Assembly: GCF_009834535.1 (NCBI RefSeq)
Contig: NC_045712.1
Location: forward strand, 32,798,001-32,862,000
Source of the DNA: Camelus ferus
Taxonomy: Eukaryota
Direction: 5' to 3'
DNA: 64,000 nucleotides
The position numbers were made by a program, and so were the translations under genes. Positions 38,558-52,850 of the stretch are shown in pieces (position 1 is the first letter of the stretch; every line of letters begins with the position of its first letter). The notes beneath the pieces are model-generated. The model did no database searches. It was not told the DNA's origin and worked only from the letters and a program-made list of their open reading frames with translations.

Positions 38558-40920
38558 ATCTCATTTGTCCATTCAGCCATCGATGGACAGGTTGTTTCCA
38601 TATCTTGGCTGTTGTAAATAATGCTGCAGTGAACATAGGGTGCAGATACCTCTTCTAAATAGTGATTTTGTTNNNNNNNNNNNNNNNNNNNNNNNNNNNN
38701 NNNNNNNNNNNNNNNNNNNNNNNNNNNNNNNNNNNNNNNNNNNNNNNNNNNNNNNNNNNNNNNNNNNNNNNNNNNNNNNNNNNNNNNNNNNNNNNNNNNN
38801 NNNNNNNNNNNNNNNNNNNNNNNNNNNNNNNNNNNNNNNNNNNNNNNNNNNNNNNNTTAATTATTCTAACAGAGATGGGTGATATCTCATTATGGTTTTG
38901 ATTTGCATTTCCTTGATGGTTGGTAATGTCACTCACCTTTTCATTTACCCATTGGTCGTTTATATATCTTCTTTGAAAAATGTCTATTCAGTTTCTCTGC
39001 TCATTTTTTTGATCAGGTTGTCTGGCTTTTTTGCTATTGAGTTGCACTAACTCCNNNNNNNNNNNNNNNNNNNNNNNNNNNNNNNNNNNNNNNNNNNNNN
39101 NNNNNNNNNNNNNNNNNNNNNNNNNNNNNNNNNNNNNNNNNNNNNNNNNNNNNNNNNNNNNNNNNNNNNNNNNNNNNNNNNNNNNNNNNNNNNNNNNNNN
39201 NNNNNNNNNNNNNNNNNNNNNNNNNNNNNNNNNNGATCTTACCTCCTGTGTTCTTTTAGAAAGTTTATGGTATCAGGTCTTATGTTCANNNNNNNNNNNN
39301 NNNNNNNNNNNNNNNNNNNNNNNNNNNNNNNNNNNNNNNNNNNNNNNNNNNNNNNNNNNNNNNNNNNNNNNNNNNNNNNNNNNNNNNNNNNNNNNNNNNN
39401 NNNNNNNNNNNNNNNNNATACTTGGCTCCTTTGTTATAAATTAATTACCATATACGTGGGTTTACTTCTGGGCTCTCTGTTCTAGTCCATTGATCTGTGT
39501 GTCTGTCTGTTTTTAGGCTCATGCTATTTTGGTTACCGTAGCTTTGTAATATAGTTTGAAATCAGGAAGTATGTTTCCTCCAGCTTTGATCTTTCTCAAG
39601 ATTGCTTTGGCTATTTGGGTTCTTTCGTGGTTCCATACAAATTTTAGGATTGTTGTTTTTTTCTATTTCTGTAAAAAAAAAAAAAGTCATTGGAAGTTTG
39701 ATGAGATTATATTAAATCTGTAGGTTGCTTTGAGTAGCATGGGCATTTTAACAGTATTAATACTTCCAGTGCATGAGTACAAAATATTTTTCCATTTATT
39801 TGTATAGTCTTCAGTTTCTTTTATTAATACCTTATAGGTGTCAGTGTACAGTTTTTTCACTTTGGCTAAATTTATCCCTAGGTGGTTCTTCTTTATCATG
39901 TAAGTGTAAATGGATTGTTTTCTTAACGTCTATTTCTGATAGTTGGATGATAGTGTATAGAATACAACTGATTTTTCTATATCGATTTTATATCCTGCCA
40001 CTTTGCTGAATTATTTTATTTGTTCTACTTGTTTTTTGGTGGAGTCTTTAGGATTTTCTATATATAATATAATTTTATCTGCACATAGAGACAGTGATTT
40101 CTTCCTTTCTGAATTGGAGGTCTTTCATTTATTTTTCTTGCCTAATTGCTTGGCCAGGTCTTCCTATACTACGCTGGATAAACGTGGTGAGAGTAAGCCT
40201 TCTTATCTTGTTTCTGATCTGAGGAAAAGCTTTCGACATTTCACTGTTGAGTATATTAGTTATGCACGTGACATCATGACCTTTATTATGCTGAGATTTT
40301 CCTCTATACTTAGTTTGTTGAGTTTTTATCGTAAATGGATGTTGAATTTTGTCACAATCTTTTTCTACATCTATTGAGATAATAATATGATTTTTATTCT
40401 TCATTTTGTTAATGTGGTATATTGTGTTGATTTTGGAATGTTGAACCCTGGAATAAATCCCACTTAATCATGGTGTATGAGCCTTTTAATGTACTAGTNN
40501 NNNNNNNNNNNNNNNNNNNNNNNNNNNNNNNNNNNNNNNNNNNNNNNNNNNNNNNNNNNNNNNNNNNNNNNNNNNNNNNNNNNNNNNNNNNNNNNNNNNN
40601 NNNNNNNNNNNNNNNNNNNNNNNNNNNNNNNNNNNNNNNNNNTCTGTGTTTTTGAGGAGTTTGAGAAGTATTTGTATTAATTCTTCTTTAAATGTTTGGT
40701 AGGGAAGCCAATGGCCCTGGAATTTTCTTTGTTGTGAGGGTTTGAATTATTGATTTGATCTCCTTCCTAGTAATTTGTCTTTTAGGATTTAGTATTTAAG
40801 ATTTAGTATTTCTTCATGATTCACTGTTGGTAGGTTGTATGTTTCGAGAAATTTTCCATTTTTTCCAAGTTGCTTAATTTGTTGGTGTATGTTTGTTCAT
40901 AGTAGCCTCGTATGATCATT
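37949..40920 (-). mobile_element. 5'-truncated L1 (~3 kb; ORF2 RT to 3'UTR, disrupted); contains four N-runs (38673-38856, 39055-39234, 39289-39417, 40499-40642)
   Basis: Minus-strand peptides [23 protein letters not shown]...AIRQEK and HLGINLAKVKKLYTDTYKVLIKE...KWKNI resemble L1 ORF2; poly-T at the left end. Confidence 0.95.
38515..38558. repeat. Compound microsatellite (CT)9(CA)13 inside L1
   Basis: Seen directly. Confidence 0.9.
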
Positions 40921-40924
40921 ACCT

Positions 40925-41035
40925 GGTTTAATTCCTTAACCTTTCTGTATGTCGATTTCCTTATTTATAGAATGAGAATGTCAATAGTATTTATCTTATA
41001 AGGTTATCATGAGGATTGAGTTAATTAGCTCATTA
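40925..41035 (+). mobile_element. MIR core fragment
   Basis: ttccttaacctttctgtatgtcgatttccttatttatagaatgagaat...gttatcatgaggattgag. Confidence 0.6.
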
Positions 41036-41082
41036 TGTATATGTATATGTATGCATTTGTACATTCCCTATATATGAAATAT

Positions 41083-41088
<6 letters not shown>

Positions 41089-41118
<30 letters not shown>
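41089..41118. repeat. (AC)15 microsatellite
   Basis: Seen directly. Confidence 0.95.
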
Positions 41119-41119
<1 letters not shown>

Positions 41120-41640
41120 GAGCAACAGGCACTGTTGTGTATGCTGAGGAAGCAGCAGGATGCAGAAGAGATGAATTTCTCAGTCTGTGTTCTAAGGGAG
41201 GGAAGAAATACTTTAAATAAATAGAAGAAACACATAGTGCATGTCAGACGATAACAAATAAGATGGAAAAAACTCAGAAAAGAAGTGCCAGGATGAGGAG
41301 TGGGGACAATATTTACAACCTTGTACAGGTACCCAAAGAAGGCCTCACTGAGAAGATGACCTCTGAGCAAAGATGTAAGAAGCAAACCCTGAGGAGATCT
41401 CGGAGAAGAGCATTCCAGGTAGAGGGAACTACAGTGCAAAGGCCCTGGGGCAGAAGTATGTCAGGAATATTTGAGAAACAACAGAGAGGGCAGTATTTGC
41501 AAGGAGGCTCATAGTAGGAGGTGGGGGCAGACGGACAGGGTACCAATTCATATGGAGTTAGGTTGGATGAGATGGGAAGCCTTTAGAGGGTTTTATATGA
41601 GAGCAAACTCATTTGACTCAGATTTTTAAAGAATTGACCT
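41120..41640 (-). mobile_element. L2
   Basis: caggcactgttgtgtatgctgagga...ggcctcactgagaagatgacctctgagcaaaga...gcattccaggtagagggaac...gtgcaaaggccctgggg. Confidence 0.8.
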
Positions 41641-42329
41641 GACATACATTTTATTTCATGTAAAATACTCAAAACAGTGCCTGGTATATATTAAATGTTC
41701 AATGAAGTTTAGATTTTTTTTGTTTGTATTATTAGTATCATCATCTTCCAGCTTGAATACATTTTACAAAATTTTATCAGGGCCAATATCTATATCTAGT
41801 AAGGAAACATACATGTATACGTGTATGCGTGTGAATATATATGTGCGTGGGTGTGTGTGTCTATATATATTTTTAATTTATTTTTATTTTTTTAGTAAGG
41901 AAACCTTCATTTTCCTTCCCTTTACACACTGGTATAGATGCTGTTTTCCCACTGCCAGAGAGAAGCCAGTTTGTGATGCAAAACACAAGGGAACTGAATT
42001 CTTACACAAACCCTGTCCCAGCACTCAGCCTAGAAATAGTTAAACCCGGAGCAGACCTGGGCAGAATGGTGACTTCATTCCTGGGACCAGGCACAAGGGC
42101 TCCCACACAAAATTATGCCATCATGTAAACACACTATCTAGTAAGAGCATGCAGGGTCTTTTAAAGGGCCTGCATCTCTGCAGCTTTGAATTGACAATGG
42201 CAATTTCACATTTAAAATATTATTTGATGCAATCACTGCTTCTGGCAAATGGTTCCACATCCATAGACTTGTTTGCCTGTGATTTTCTCTTTGTTCAGTT
42301 AATGCTGATTTTGACAGTTTCCGATTTCA

Positions 42330-42900
42330 AGCATTCATCCATTCATTCATCCCACAAATATTTATTGAAAGACTACTGTGTGCTAGGTACTTTTCTAGGT
42401 GTTGCAGATATAACAGAAAATAAGACTATTCTCTGGCCTCATGGAAATTGCATTCTGGCAAAATCATGAGACAGTATATAAATAAACAAAGAGATGATGA
42501 TACGAAGAAATTAAGGAAATAAAGGCAGGTCTGGAACAGATTTTGCAGACTCCTGTTTTAGACCGGGGTAGTCAGGGAGGGCTGCTTAGAGGAGGTGCTC
42601 TTCAACCTGAAACCTGCATGAAGTGAGATAACAGAGGGAAGAGCATGTGCAAAGTCACCCAGAGGAGTGTGTGATTGGCTTGAGAAATAGAAGCTGCAGT
42701 GTGGAGGATCAAGGTAGGAAATGGAGTCAGAGTGGGAGTCAGGGCTTTAGAATCCATTCAGAGCAAGATGGGAAACAGCAGGAGGCTTCGGCACCTGCTG
42801 TGGGTTTTAGAAAGACCACTTGGACTGCTTGTGAGGAGGAACCTGTAGAGGGACAAGGGGAGGGTCCGAGAGGCCAGATAAGAGGTTTCATAATCACCTG
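42330..42900 (-). mobile_element. L2 from its 3' end
   Basis: cattcatccattcattcatcccacaaatatttattgaaagactactgtgtgctagg...agagggaagagcatgtgcaaagtc. Confidence 0.8.
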
Positions 42901-43287
42901 CACATTTGATAGAACTTTTGAAACTATACCCTTGACACTATGCAAGAAACGAAAAAAAAAAAATGAGTAAAAGTGATTTACTCACAACATAAGCATCATG
43001 CATTCCTACCTTAGGGGAACCCATTTTATCAGCTCAGTTAGGTAGGCAGGATTCTACAGTTGTCCCTGGATTAGGCAAATCCTGCGGGCAGTGCCCCAGG
43101 GCTACCGACCCTAATTCTTTCCTCCTTTCTCTGAAGAGATGTGGGCATTTCAGGCCCCACCCACCTGCTCAGGGGCCCTCTAAGGTAATTCCCAGACAGT
43201 GAGAGAGCCTCTCAGGTTTCTCTTATCCCTGATCCATTCAGCACATTTTATACAGCATCCTGATGTGCTGTATGAGTCAGCACCACA

Positions 43288-43401
43288 ACGTGGGGCCATG
43301 CCGTTGTATCCTGCACAACCCCGGGGGCTGCCCTTCATGCAGCCTATGATAATTTCACTGCATGGAGTTGTACAGTGTGTAACTTGCACAGCGGTACCCT
43401 G
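43288..43401. mobile_element. MER91-like palindromic hAT-Tip100 MITE
   Basis: ctgcacaaccccgggggctgcc...ggagttgtacagtgtgtaacttgcacagcggtaccctg. Confidence 0.6.
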
Positions 43402-44019
43402 TGTCCTGCCATTGTGCTAGGCACTGAGAACAGAGATGACCAACATGTCATCTTTTCAGCTCACAGAGAATCTGGATTATAGTGATTACCCTTGTCTTGA
43501 CTTTCTAATGAGTTTATTTGTTTATCAACATCTTTTATGTAAATATAGAAGTGGCTGGAGTAACAGCAGGTGCATTTCCAAAAAGGCATATCTTCCAGAC
43601 CTGTCTCCTAGACCGGCCTCTAGCATTCTTCATTCTGGAAACCCATCAGAGGTGTTTCAGATCAAAGCAGGTAGCAGAGGTGAGCTGAGGCCAGGGCTGA
43701 TTTGAGATTCCAGACACATCCCTGAGCACCATCTGGACCTCTGCTGGAACATCTGCAGGCTCCTCAGTGCTCAGGGCCCTCACACCACAAGCAAGATGAG
43801 ATATGTGGTCCATGAGAAACCAGCAGATGGCCAGTTGCCTCACCTCTCGAGGGGTTAAAAGTGTCAACATCATTGTGGAGGAAGGGTAAACTTACCTTCT
43901 ATTTCCTGACCTTCCTTTCTCTGTGTGTGTGTGTGTGTGTTTCTGATGTGGTTCACATTTTCTCATCTTATGTGCTCTGATGCCTTTTACTGCAAAGAAA
44001 TGATCTGTTCAGTCTGTTG

Positions 44020-45950
44020 ATTGATTGATTGATTCATTCATTTGTTCTTTTGATATATATTTAGGAATATCAGCTTCGTGCCTTGCACCATCCAGGCTGT
44101 GGGGACAGTGATCAAAATTAACAAAGTTAGTTTTTCATGAAATTTACATTGTAGTGAGAGAGAAATTGTCACATTTCAGATAGTCATGCGTGTTCTGAAG
44201 AAACTAAAACGGGTGAAAGGGAGTAGAAAATGGCTAGAGGGAGAAGTGCAACTTCAGATATGTTAACCATGGAAGGCTTCCCTGAGGATGCGATGTTTAA
44301 GATGAATTAGTGATGATAAGGATCCAGAGGGTAAAACATAACCTGTTTAACCCATTCACACTGAGGTGCCAGATACTTCCCTTTTGTTCCTTCTTTCATC
44401 AAACCCTTGTTGAACATCTACATTATGGGATAAAAGAATTAAGGAATCAAATTTCCTATTTTCATGGCACTTTAGGTCTAGTACAGGAGAAACATATTCA
44501 GTGAATTAGCCAGTGAACGTATAATATAGTATCAGTCACTTTAATGCTGGGATATGATGGAATCGAGAGAGACAGGGAAGGCCTGGGTCGGGGGGGTGAC
44601 ATTGGAGCAGAGAACAAGGCAGGGAAGGAACTGTGACTGTATCTGGAGGTGGGGACAGAGGGTGGAGGCGGAGTGGGTAGGAGTGACTCAGACAGAAGGA
44701 CAAACAAATTCAAGGACAGGAGCTGAGGCGGGAGGGGTTGGCTGGCTAGAGGAGGAACAAGAGGCAAGCAGGTGGGAAGGGGTCCAAGAGGGGCAGGAAC
44801 CAGCTCACTGAACAGTATGGGCAGTGGTGCGGATTTCAGGTTTATTCTACATGGTATGGAAGTCACTGGAAAATTTAAGCAAGGGAGTGACACGATCTGA
44901 CTTACATTTTACAGAGATCACCTGGCTGTTGTCAAGAGAACAGAGAACAGACTCCAGCAGTAAAAGTAGGAACAAGGAGATGAGGAAGCAATCACTGTTA
45001 TCCCCACAACAGATGACAGCGTGGTTCTGGAGGAAAGCTGGTAGAGGTGGCAAAACGTAGTTTGGTAGGGAGATGCAAGGATGAAGTAGACAGAATTTGG
45101 TGATTGACTTTTGTATGTGGTATGAGCAAAAGAGAGAAATCTAGATGACTCCGTGGCTGTTGGTGTGAGAGCTGGGGGGTGGCAGTGTCATTTACTAAAA
45201 TGGAAGTGACTAGGGGAGGGGCAGACTTGGTGTGAGGGTAGGGTAATCTTGGACGTGTTAATTTTGAGATGTCTACGAAAGATGAAGATGTCAGCAAGGA
45301 GTTGGATATACCATTCTGGAATTCAGGAGAGATGCTGGGGGTTATGAGATGACCAATGACACATTAAACCTTGAGATCTATGAGATCATTTAGGCATGGC
45401 TGTAGCCAGAAATGTCAGAGGATGGTCCTGAGGGTGTTTGTATATTTCGAGCCAGGGAAGAAGAGGAAGAGGTAACAGTGAAGTTACACAAGGACATTCA
45501 GATAGAGATGAAGAAAACCATCTCCCAGAGACTGAAGGGGGAAACAGTTAGGAGGAAGAGTAAAAGATCACATGCTGCTGAGATACGGAATAAGATGGAA
45601 ACCAAGACTTGACCATTGGACTGGGCAGTGGGGTCATCACTGGAGACCTTGGAGAGTGGCTTGATGGAGCAGCAGAGATGAAGGCTTGATTAGGGTAGAT
45701 GTAAGTGAGAACGGAGGGAGAGAAAGTTGTATCAATGAGCAAGGTAAAGGCTATCAAGGGATTTTACTGTAATGATTCTGTAAAAAATCCAAGTATCGCT
45801 GTAAAGACCCAAGTGGTGGGTGAAGGAGCGTATAGGCTCATGGGAGGGTATCTTTGAATGTCTGTATGGTGAAGACAGTGATCTTGCAGAGAGAAAAAAC
45901 TTTAAAAGGCAGAAGAGCAAAAGGACCATTACAGGAGTGACATGATTGCT
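44020..45950 (-). mobile_element. L2 cluster (short 3' piece plus a ~1.5-kb L2 starting near 44390)
   Basis: gattgattcattcatt...; catttactaaaatgg...ttttgagatgtct...ggagttggatata...ggaattcaggagaga...ccattggactgggcag...tggagaccttgg. Confidence 0.75.
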
Positions 45951-45989
45951 ATTATTCAGTTATTTATTATTGACAACCTTTTAAAAATA

Positions 45990-46079
45990 TAAGAAATATT
46001 TTTAGCTTGCAGGCCATACAAAAACAGGCCATGTGTACAGGTCAGATTTGGCCCATGGGCTAAGTCTGCTGACCTCTGT
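45990..46079 (-). mobile_element. MER58-like fragment
   Basis: ttttagcttgcaggccata...cagatttggcccatgggctaagtctgctgacctctg. Confidence 0.5.
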
Positions 46080-49019
46080 AGTCCAGTGGCCTGTTACCTT
46101 CCTTGACGAGAACTGGATGTACTGGTTTTAGCACATCAATTCTTAGGCCTGCTGTGTACGTGGAGGGTAGGACGCCTCCGTCCGTGAGGTGGTAAACACA
46201 GTGAGGCTTCTAATCCCTTGTTGCTTAATGTGGCTCAGTTTTTTTGTTTGTTTCCACGAGGACGAGATTTTAAAGTAGTAGTATTTTCTGGAACCATGGA
46301 TGGCATGGGAAGTTAGAATTGCACCTTTCAATGAATAGATCGTATAGTGCTGGCAGATACCAGGGATGCAGGAAAGCTAGGACCAGACGCAGCAGCATCT
46401 CCAACCGACCAGGACATAGCACAGGTGAGGAAATGGGAGTTATGGGTTGGACAACAGACCCCTTTCATATCCATGACAGCAAGACTCTCCCTTCTCTTTC
46501 CCCTTCCTCCTCCCCTGAAGAGACAGAGAGTGAAAAAGAGAGAGCTTCATTCTCAGCAAGACCACAGGACAGAATCCCCTTGACGTTAGATGCCAGGTGT
46601 CTGCGCCTGGTTAAACAGCGAAATTTGCATGCAAATCAGAACCTTCTCTTTCTCTGGATCTCAAGATTCTGTTCTGCAGTCATCAGTACCTAACGTAAAG
46701 ATGTAAAGACTCGCATTAGTACAGGCTAAAGTATGAAGACAAATCCCCACATCCCAGGGGCTGGTGACAAAGTAAAGTTTGATGAAGGTTGAGCAGCGTT
46801 TTTCTATCCTCTCGTTATGCTGTCTGGAAGCCATGGCTCGTGAGGTCGCGGTAGCAGGGCAGGGTGAGAGAGGGTCTGGGAGGCGCGGGGAGAACATGGA
46901 CATTTGACAGGCACTAGCTCTGCCTCAGCGTATGCTGTCGCCACCCACCTGTCCTTTAACAGCACAGGCCCACTAGTTCACGCTTCCCACCCACTTATCC
47001 AGCGTTCTGAAAAGACACAATGCCGCCAGCCCTTCCAAGAGAGGAAAGATACTGTCTTTAAAACATTTTAATCAGTTACCATCCTAGGGGTCTTGTGCTC
47101 ATCAGCGTTGATGATGGGGTCTTGAAAGTTGTCCTTCAGAAGACTTTAAACCAGCTAGAACTTTTCAATCCTTGAAACAATTGTAAAATTAATGTGAAAA
47201 GTTGCAACCTTCTCTCAAGCTTCTGAAAATCCTCTTGGCACTTCTGCATTTAATGAGGCACACATTGATACAGACCCATCCTGACAGGGCGGGAGAATTT
47301 CTCCATGACGGAAAAATAAGCGTTTGTGCCCATAGTGAAGTAATCAGTAATTGACTTTGGTGGATACAAAATGGAGCGAGATGACTTGAAACATGAATCT
47401 GTCTTTCCAGAAGGACCACAAGTTTGGGGATAATGAAAATATCTGGAGTTCATGAAAGCAAAGGGCAAAAGTGCACGGACAATTTTTTTCCCCTGAAACC
47501 TTCCTATATGTCACTTGGAAGAGAATTCCCACTCACAGGATATTTGAAGTGGCAGGAACTGTAGTGATAGTCTCGTCCAGTCCTTTTACTCTACAGATCT
47601 GAGGACGCAGACTCAGATTTGAAGCGATCTGCCCGGGGGTACATCAGTCATTGGCAGCCTCATTTCATTTAATGGGACACATGCAAATTATGTTTCCCGT
47701 AATACACTGAGCACACCTCATTATCTTTACTTACGACTTTTTCATTATTTTTAGAAGTCCTTCTTGAATTTTTTTATTATAAAATTAATGTTTGCCATGC
47801 AAAATTAAATAGTGGGAATTTTATGTATTCTTTTGTTCTGTCTTTTTAAAACACCATGAAAGTAGAATGCATTTACTTCCTCCTAAAGGAAGGAACAGCC
47901 CCAGAGCAGTTCAGAGCGTCACTTGACGATCTATCACGGCACATGTTTATACTTCAGTTCTTGTATCCTGAGTGACTGACGACGAATCCTATCCCTCCGA
48001 ACATCAGCACTCAGGTTTTGCACTGACACCTGGTGTGTGAGTTTTAGTAGTGGGAGTGTGCTCTGCTTTTCTACCCAGAGGCTGACACAGGGCCACCTCT
48101 GCTTGCTTCAGTGTCAAAAGAAAGATGCAGGCTCAGTGACTCACAGAGTACTGCATAAAGAAGCAGTCTTTATGTGCCTGTGAAAGTGGGTTACGGGCTC
48201 ATTGCAGAGGAGGAATTGTCAGAAGGACAGATGAGAGTAACTGACACCAGGTCTTGGGCTCCCAAAGTCCAGATAGATTAGTGGCAGTCGGAACCCGTGC
48301 AGCCCTCAGGTTGTCACCTACCTGCTGTTTTTTCGGGAGCACACAATTGGGTGCTGGGTTTTCAGATCCTGACGTGTGTGGTTCAGGAATGGGGGTGTTC
48401 CGAGTAAGGAGATGAAGGCTGTTTAGATCCTTTGAAAGTCACATAGAGTGGTATATTTCACTGTCTCATCACCTTAGCAACAATTCAAGCAAACAGGTCA
48501 TTTAGCATCAGTCATCCGAAATATCTGGAAGACTGAAGTTTTTACTGAAGCTGGTCAACTACCCAGAAATGTTGCCACCCTAAAGATGAAATGGCCATCT
48601 CCAGGAAAAGAATCCATTTCGGAGTTAAATTGTTCAAAAGGCACACAGCGGCACCATGATTTTTATGCTTCTTACTGTTTTTTTCCTTCCAGTGGATACT
48701 TAAAAATCAATTTATTTTTATTCCGCTGTGTACCAGGGGTATAGTGTTCGTTAGGATGAAGAAGCAATTTTAATTTAGTGGGAAATGGATTTTCTTTATC
48801 GCCGAGAAAAGTGTAGAATAGATGAGAGACACACCAAATGGAATTCACATCCTCCATCCCAGGGGTTGAGGTGGGAAGATGGGGCTGGCAGGGGGACAAG
48901 CTGAGATTGTGATAATTCTGTTTGGATTTCTCTTTAGAGCTCTTGGTTGTCAATAGAAGCTCTTGGTTAGCAACACAAATGACCTAGTTATGCCTGTCTT
49001 GTTGAACTGGCCGCCCTGA

Positions 49020-49150
49020 GGCAGCGCAGTACAGAGAATTAAGGGACCAGGGCTCGGCTCGGGCTGTGCTGCTGTCTACCAATGAGGCCTCCAGGAACCA
49101 TTCTCTCCTCTCTGTGCATCAGTTTCCCCATCCATAAAATGGATTTTTGC
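49020..49150 (+). mobile_element. MIR fragment
   Basis: ctctctgtgcatcagtttccccatccataaaatgg. Confidence 0.6.
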
Positions 49151-50094
49151 CATTGTCATCAGTCTATGATTCTTAAGTTAACTGAGAAAATGCCTTACAA
49201 TTTGCCCAGATCATCTCAGTCAAGGGTTTTTGATTATCATTGACTACAGATTATAGGATCTCTGGGAACCTGGTGTTCAACTGAATTGATACACAGACCC
49301 GTTGGTTTCTAAAGCTGCATCTGCAGTTTCCTTTCTGTAGTTATTTCATTGTCATTTCATGTGCTATCTCAGCCAATTCATGTGCTGTTTTCTTATAGTT
49401 ATTCTAGTGTGTGAGGGAGAGAGGGAGAGGAGTCACCCATCTCCGCTGATGCAACCTCATTTGTCTCCCTGTTGTCTGTTTCTCTGTGATCCAGCAACAC
49501 TGTCTTTAATTCCCCAGTACTTGCCGTGCTTTGTCCTGCCACAGGGTCTTTGCACATGTTAAAAACTCACAAATTCAAATCACATCATACTTGGGAGGTA
49601 CCTCAAAGTATCATTGATGTTCATCATCACTTTGAAATTCTGCTGCCTATTGAACCTGTTGCCTTGATATTGTTATTTAAGGCATTGATAGAGAAGCATA
49701 TATATAATAATATCACACTTTTGCAAGTACTGCCATAACTGTATTTTAATATACCTGCTTCCTTTGTAATGCTATGTATCTTATCCTGTGCATCTAAAGG
49801 CAATATTCTGAGAAGGCGTCCATAGGGTTCCCCAGACTGCCAAAAGAGGGCTTTAGTACCCAAAAGCTTAAGAACATCTATATGAGACCATAAATTGAGT
49901 AAAGCGGGCGCTGTAACTGGTTCAGTGTATCAACATCTTGGGCGGGCTACCGGTGCTAATCACATGCGGAATGAATCAATGCACATATAGAAGGTAGGAG
50001 AGGAAAACCCTTCATTCCGAGATTTAGTTACTTGATATAACCTGCTGAAGTTGAATTCTTGGAGAAAAAGTACATTAAACCTTTTAAGTAATTA

Positions 50095-50500
50095 AAACAT
50101 GGTGAGCTGCAAAGATTAGAAACATGACTCAAGCTGGCTTGAATACCAAAGAGATGTGTGTTCATGAAGTCCAGAGGTGGCCGGGCTCCACGCACTGTGC
50201 GGTCAGCGTCTCCACAGGCCGCCAGGAACCCAGGTTCTCCCTGGGTCTGCATTCTGTCTGCAGCCAGGCTCACACGTTGCTGCCAGTGACAACTGGGGCT
50301 GCTGTGCTTCTTTGATTCTGTCCAATAGGAAAGGGAGAGACTCTCATCCCCAATCATGGGAAATCCATTCTTCCCATTGGTCTTGTTAAGCCAATTTAGA
50401 ATTAACGCCAGTCACTGGCCAGTAGTAGCTGCCAGGGTAATGCCACATGTTGACTGAGTGAGACTGATCAGTCTGTCTTGGCAGCTGAGGTGGGCAGATG
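50095..50500 (-). mobile_element. Old MLT1 (J/K-like) LTR
   Basis: gctgcaaagattagaaacatgactcaagctggcttgaa...gccaggaacccagg...gttgctgccagtgacaact. Confidence 0.55.
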
Positions 50501-52850
50501 AAAAAAATTTAAAAAAAAACCAAAACCAGTAAGTCATGCTAGAAGTAGGAAAGGAGAAATGTTGGGTGGGCATCCAGCGGAGTCAGCGACCCACAGCTCT
50601 TCAGGAAGGCTCATCAGAGGACACTTAAGAGCAGGAAGAAAAACCCCACTGTCATTCTGTGCTCAACACTTACCTCTGGAAAATAAGATAAGGGGAGAGC
50701 AAGTCTGGAAGGCGATCGTGTGTATAAGCAGCCCTGCTCCCGATGCCTCTGGAGTGGCGTTTCACACCGCAGTCTGCACAGAAAGTAGAAGCACCCTGCT
50801 TTGCTTAGTAACCTTACCCCCCACCCCCAACACCAGAGTCCAGTGGCATCTGGTGAAGCTGGCTTTACACGCTGTGAAGGAGTGGAGATGAAATGAACAC
50901 CAACATTTAACACAGCTCTTTTCTGTTTTGTCGTATTTCATTCTTCACATTCACTCAGCATCCATCTCTCCGGTTATCATCTACAGAAGAGATGGAAAAG
51001 AAAGAACTCCCCCCTGTAATTACTTAGAGTCACGTGCCTACCAGCAGAAGGGGTGATACCAGCTCACAGAGGTAGCAACTCATGTGTCTCCAGGCCTGTC
51101 CCCCGTGACCCGCTTTCAGCACCAGGGACCACTCCTGCGTGATTAGGCTTTCGTTGATTTCCTGAAATTTTAGCTCTCAGAATAGAAGTCTTTATGAAGA
51201 TGCCATTGTAGTTAATTTGCCTGCTACTGTTTCATAATAAAGAAAGTTATTTCAGAAGAAATTACGTTTTTATAAGTTCGAATTCTCTAATGTAGGCCGG
51301 TAGTCAATGTGGAATTCTTTGAAGCTTGCAAGTTTTGTGCTTTGATGTTTCTTGTAGGAAATCAGGGTATTCTGCTGTCCCTCCCAACCATGAGTAATTA
51401 TTCTAGCCAGCTATACTATTTCCGGAGGCTTGCTGTCAGGAGGGTATGCATAAGTGAAGCTTTTAAAAGTTTTAGGTTACTCTGATGAGCAAACCATCTC
51501 CTGGCAAAAGAAGGGATATCTCGCGAGCTCTTTGTGTTGGGAAATAAGACATAAAATCACAGTCACATGATTTCCTACAAAATGTGATGTTACCTGTGTG
51601 TCAGAAAGAAACTGTCTAGTTACAGCTACCACTGAAGACGGCAGAAGGGCCCAGATAATGTGCCTTTTAATTAAACTTGTCTATTTTCAGTTGATACAAA
51701 AGAGCTCAGATTTCTTTCCCAAAGACCTGGATATATGCATGTTCAAGTGAAAACCTTTACTTCTTTAATTATATTAAAAAAAAAAAAAATCTGTCCAGTC
51801 AGCACTCTAACTCCTAAGACTGAGGCTGCCTTTTGTAACCTGGGGACAGGCCGGTTATGTCAGGTTGCTATGCCGTGTCACTGAAAGCTTTTTTTTTTCT
51901 GTTTACTTGTTTGTTTTTCTAAGTGCCCCGGCCTCAAAGTTTATATTATTTAATGATATATCTCACAGAGAGATCCCCAGTAGGCCAGAAATAGCACTAG
52001 AATTCCAAGAGTCATGACTCTAGGTTTTGTTACCTCCCAGAGAAAAATTGTGGGAGTGAGTTCAGTTTCCTGAACAGCAATTCATAGAGACGGCATCTGT
52101 ATCTTCCTCACGCACTACATGACTTACACACTTGCTTTATTAATCGTTCCTCTCTGTGCTCTTGAGTGTAAGTTCTAGACTGCAAGGGGTTTCGTCTGTC
52201 TTCCCCAGACTCTACTGTATTTGTAAAAAGTTTCTATCAAGCAGGGAGGTAGGATGCAAGTTAATTGGATACTATCAGAAAAACTCCACCTTTGCAAGTC
52301 ATTTTAAGAAATGTTCATGTACATGTTTAAGATTTTATTATATAAATCATCACATTATCAGTGAGGGTACCACACAGATATTACAACCAACCCCAGAGAG
52401 AAATCAAGGAAGCACACATTTACGTGGAATAAAGAGAAGTTGAAATGAATGTACAAGTAGACATAAAATTGGCTTTTGCCATGGGGTGGGAGTAGAGAAA
52501 TCAATGGTCTCCTGGACATGCTGGACAACATTTATCTGCTTGTCTAGAAACAAGAATTACTTTGCATTACAGTGAGTCAGCTATAAGTTGCAGCTCAAAG
52601 GCAGTGAAAGGCCAGTAACCTAGAAGGGCTTGCTCTGAAAAATGCAGTTTTCCACTGTAATCATTTTCTGAATTCTCAGTTTTCTTACAGTCTTCCCTCC
52701 TTTTGGCCAAAGTAATCTCAAAATAAGATCATTCTTGAGTATAAACAAGACAGGGCTCATTTACATAGGAGCAACTGGTGTGAATTTACTATCTGCAATA
52801 GCTTAAGTTTGCTCTGCTGGAACTATTCATAAGGAATCCTAGACTGGACT

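Noticed and set aside
52362-52663. Candidate 3' LTR for the adjacent ERV1 fragment
   Set aside because: TG...CA ends are present, but there is no minus-strand polyA signal or matching second LTR, and the adjacent ERV sequence looks like mid-internal region.
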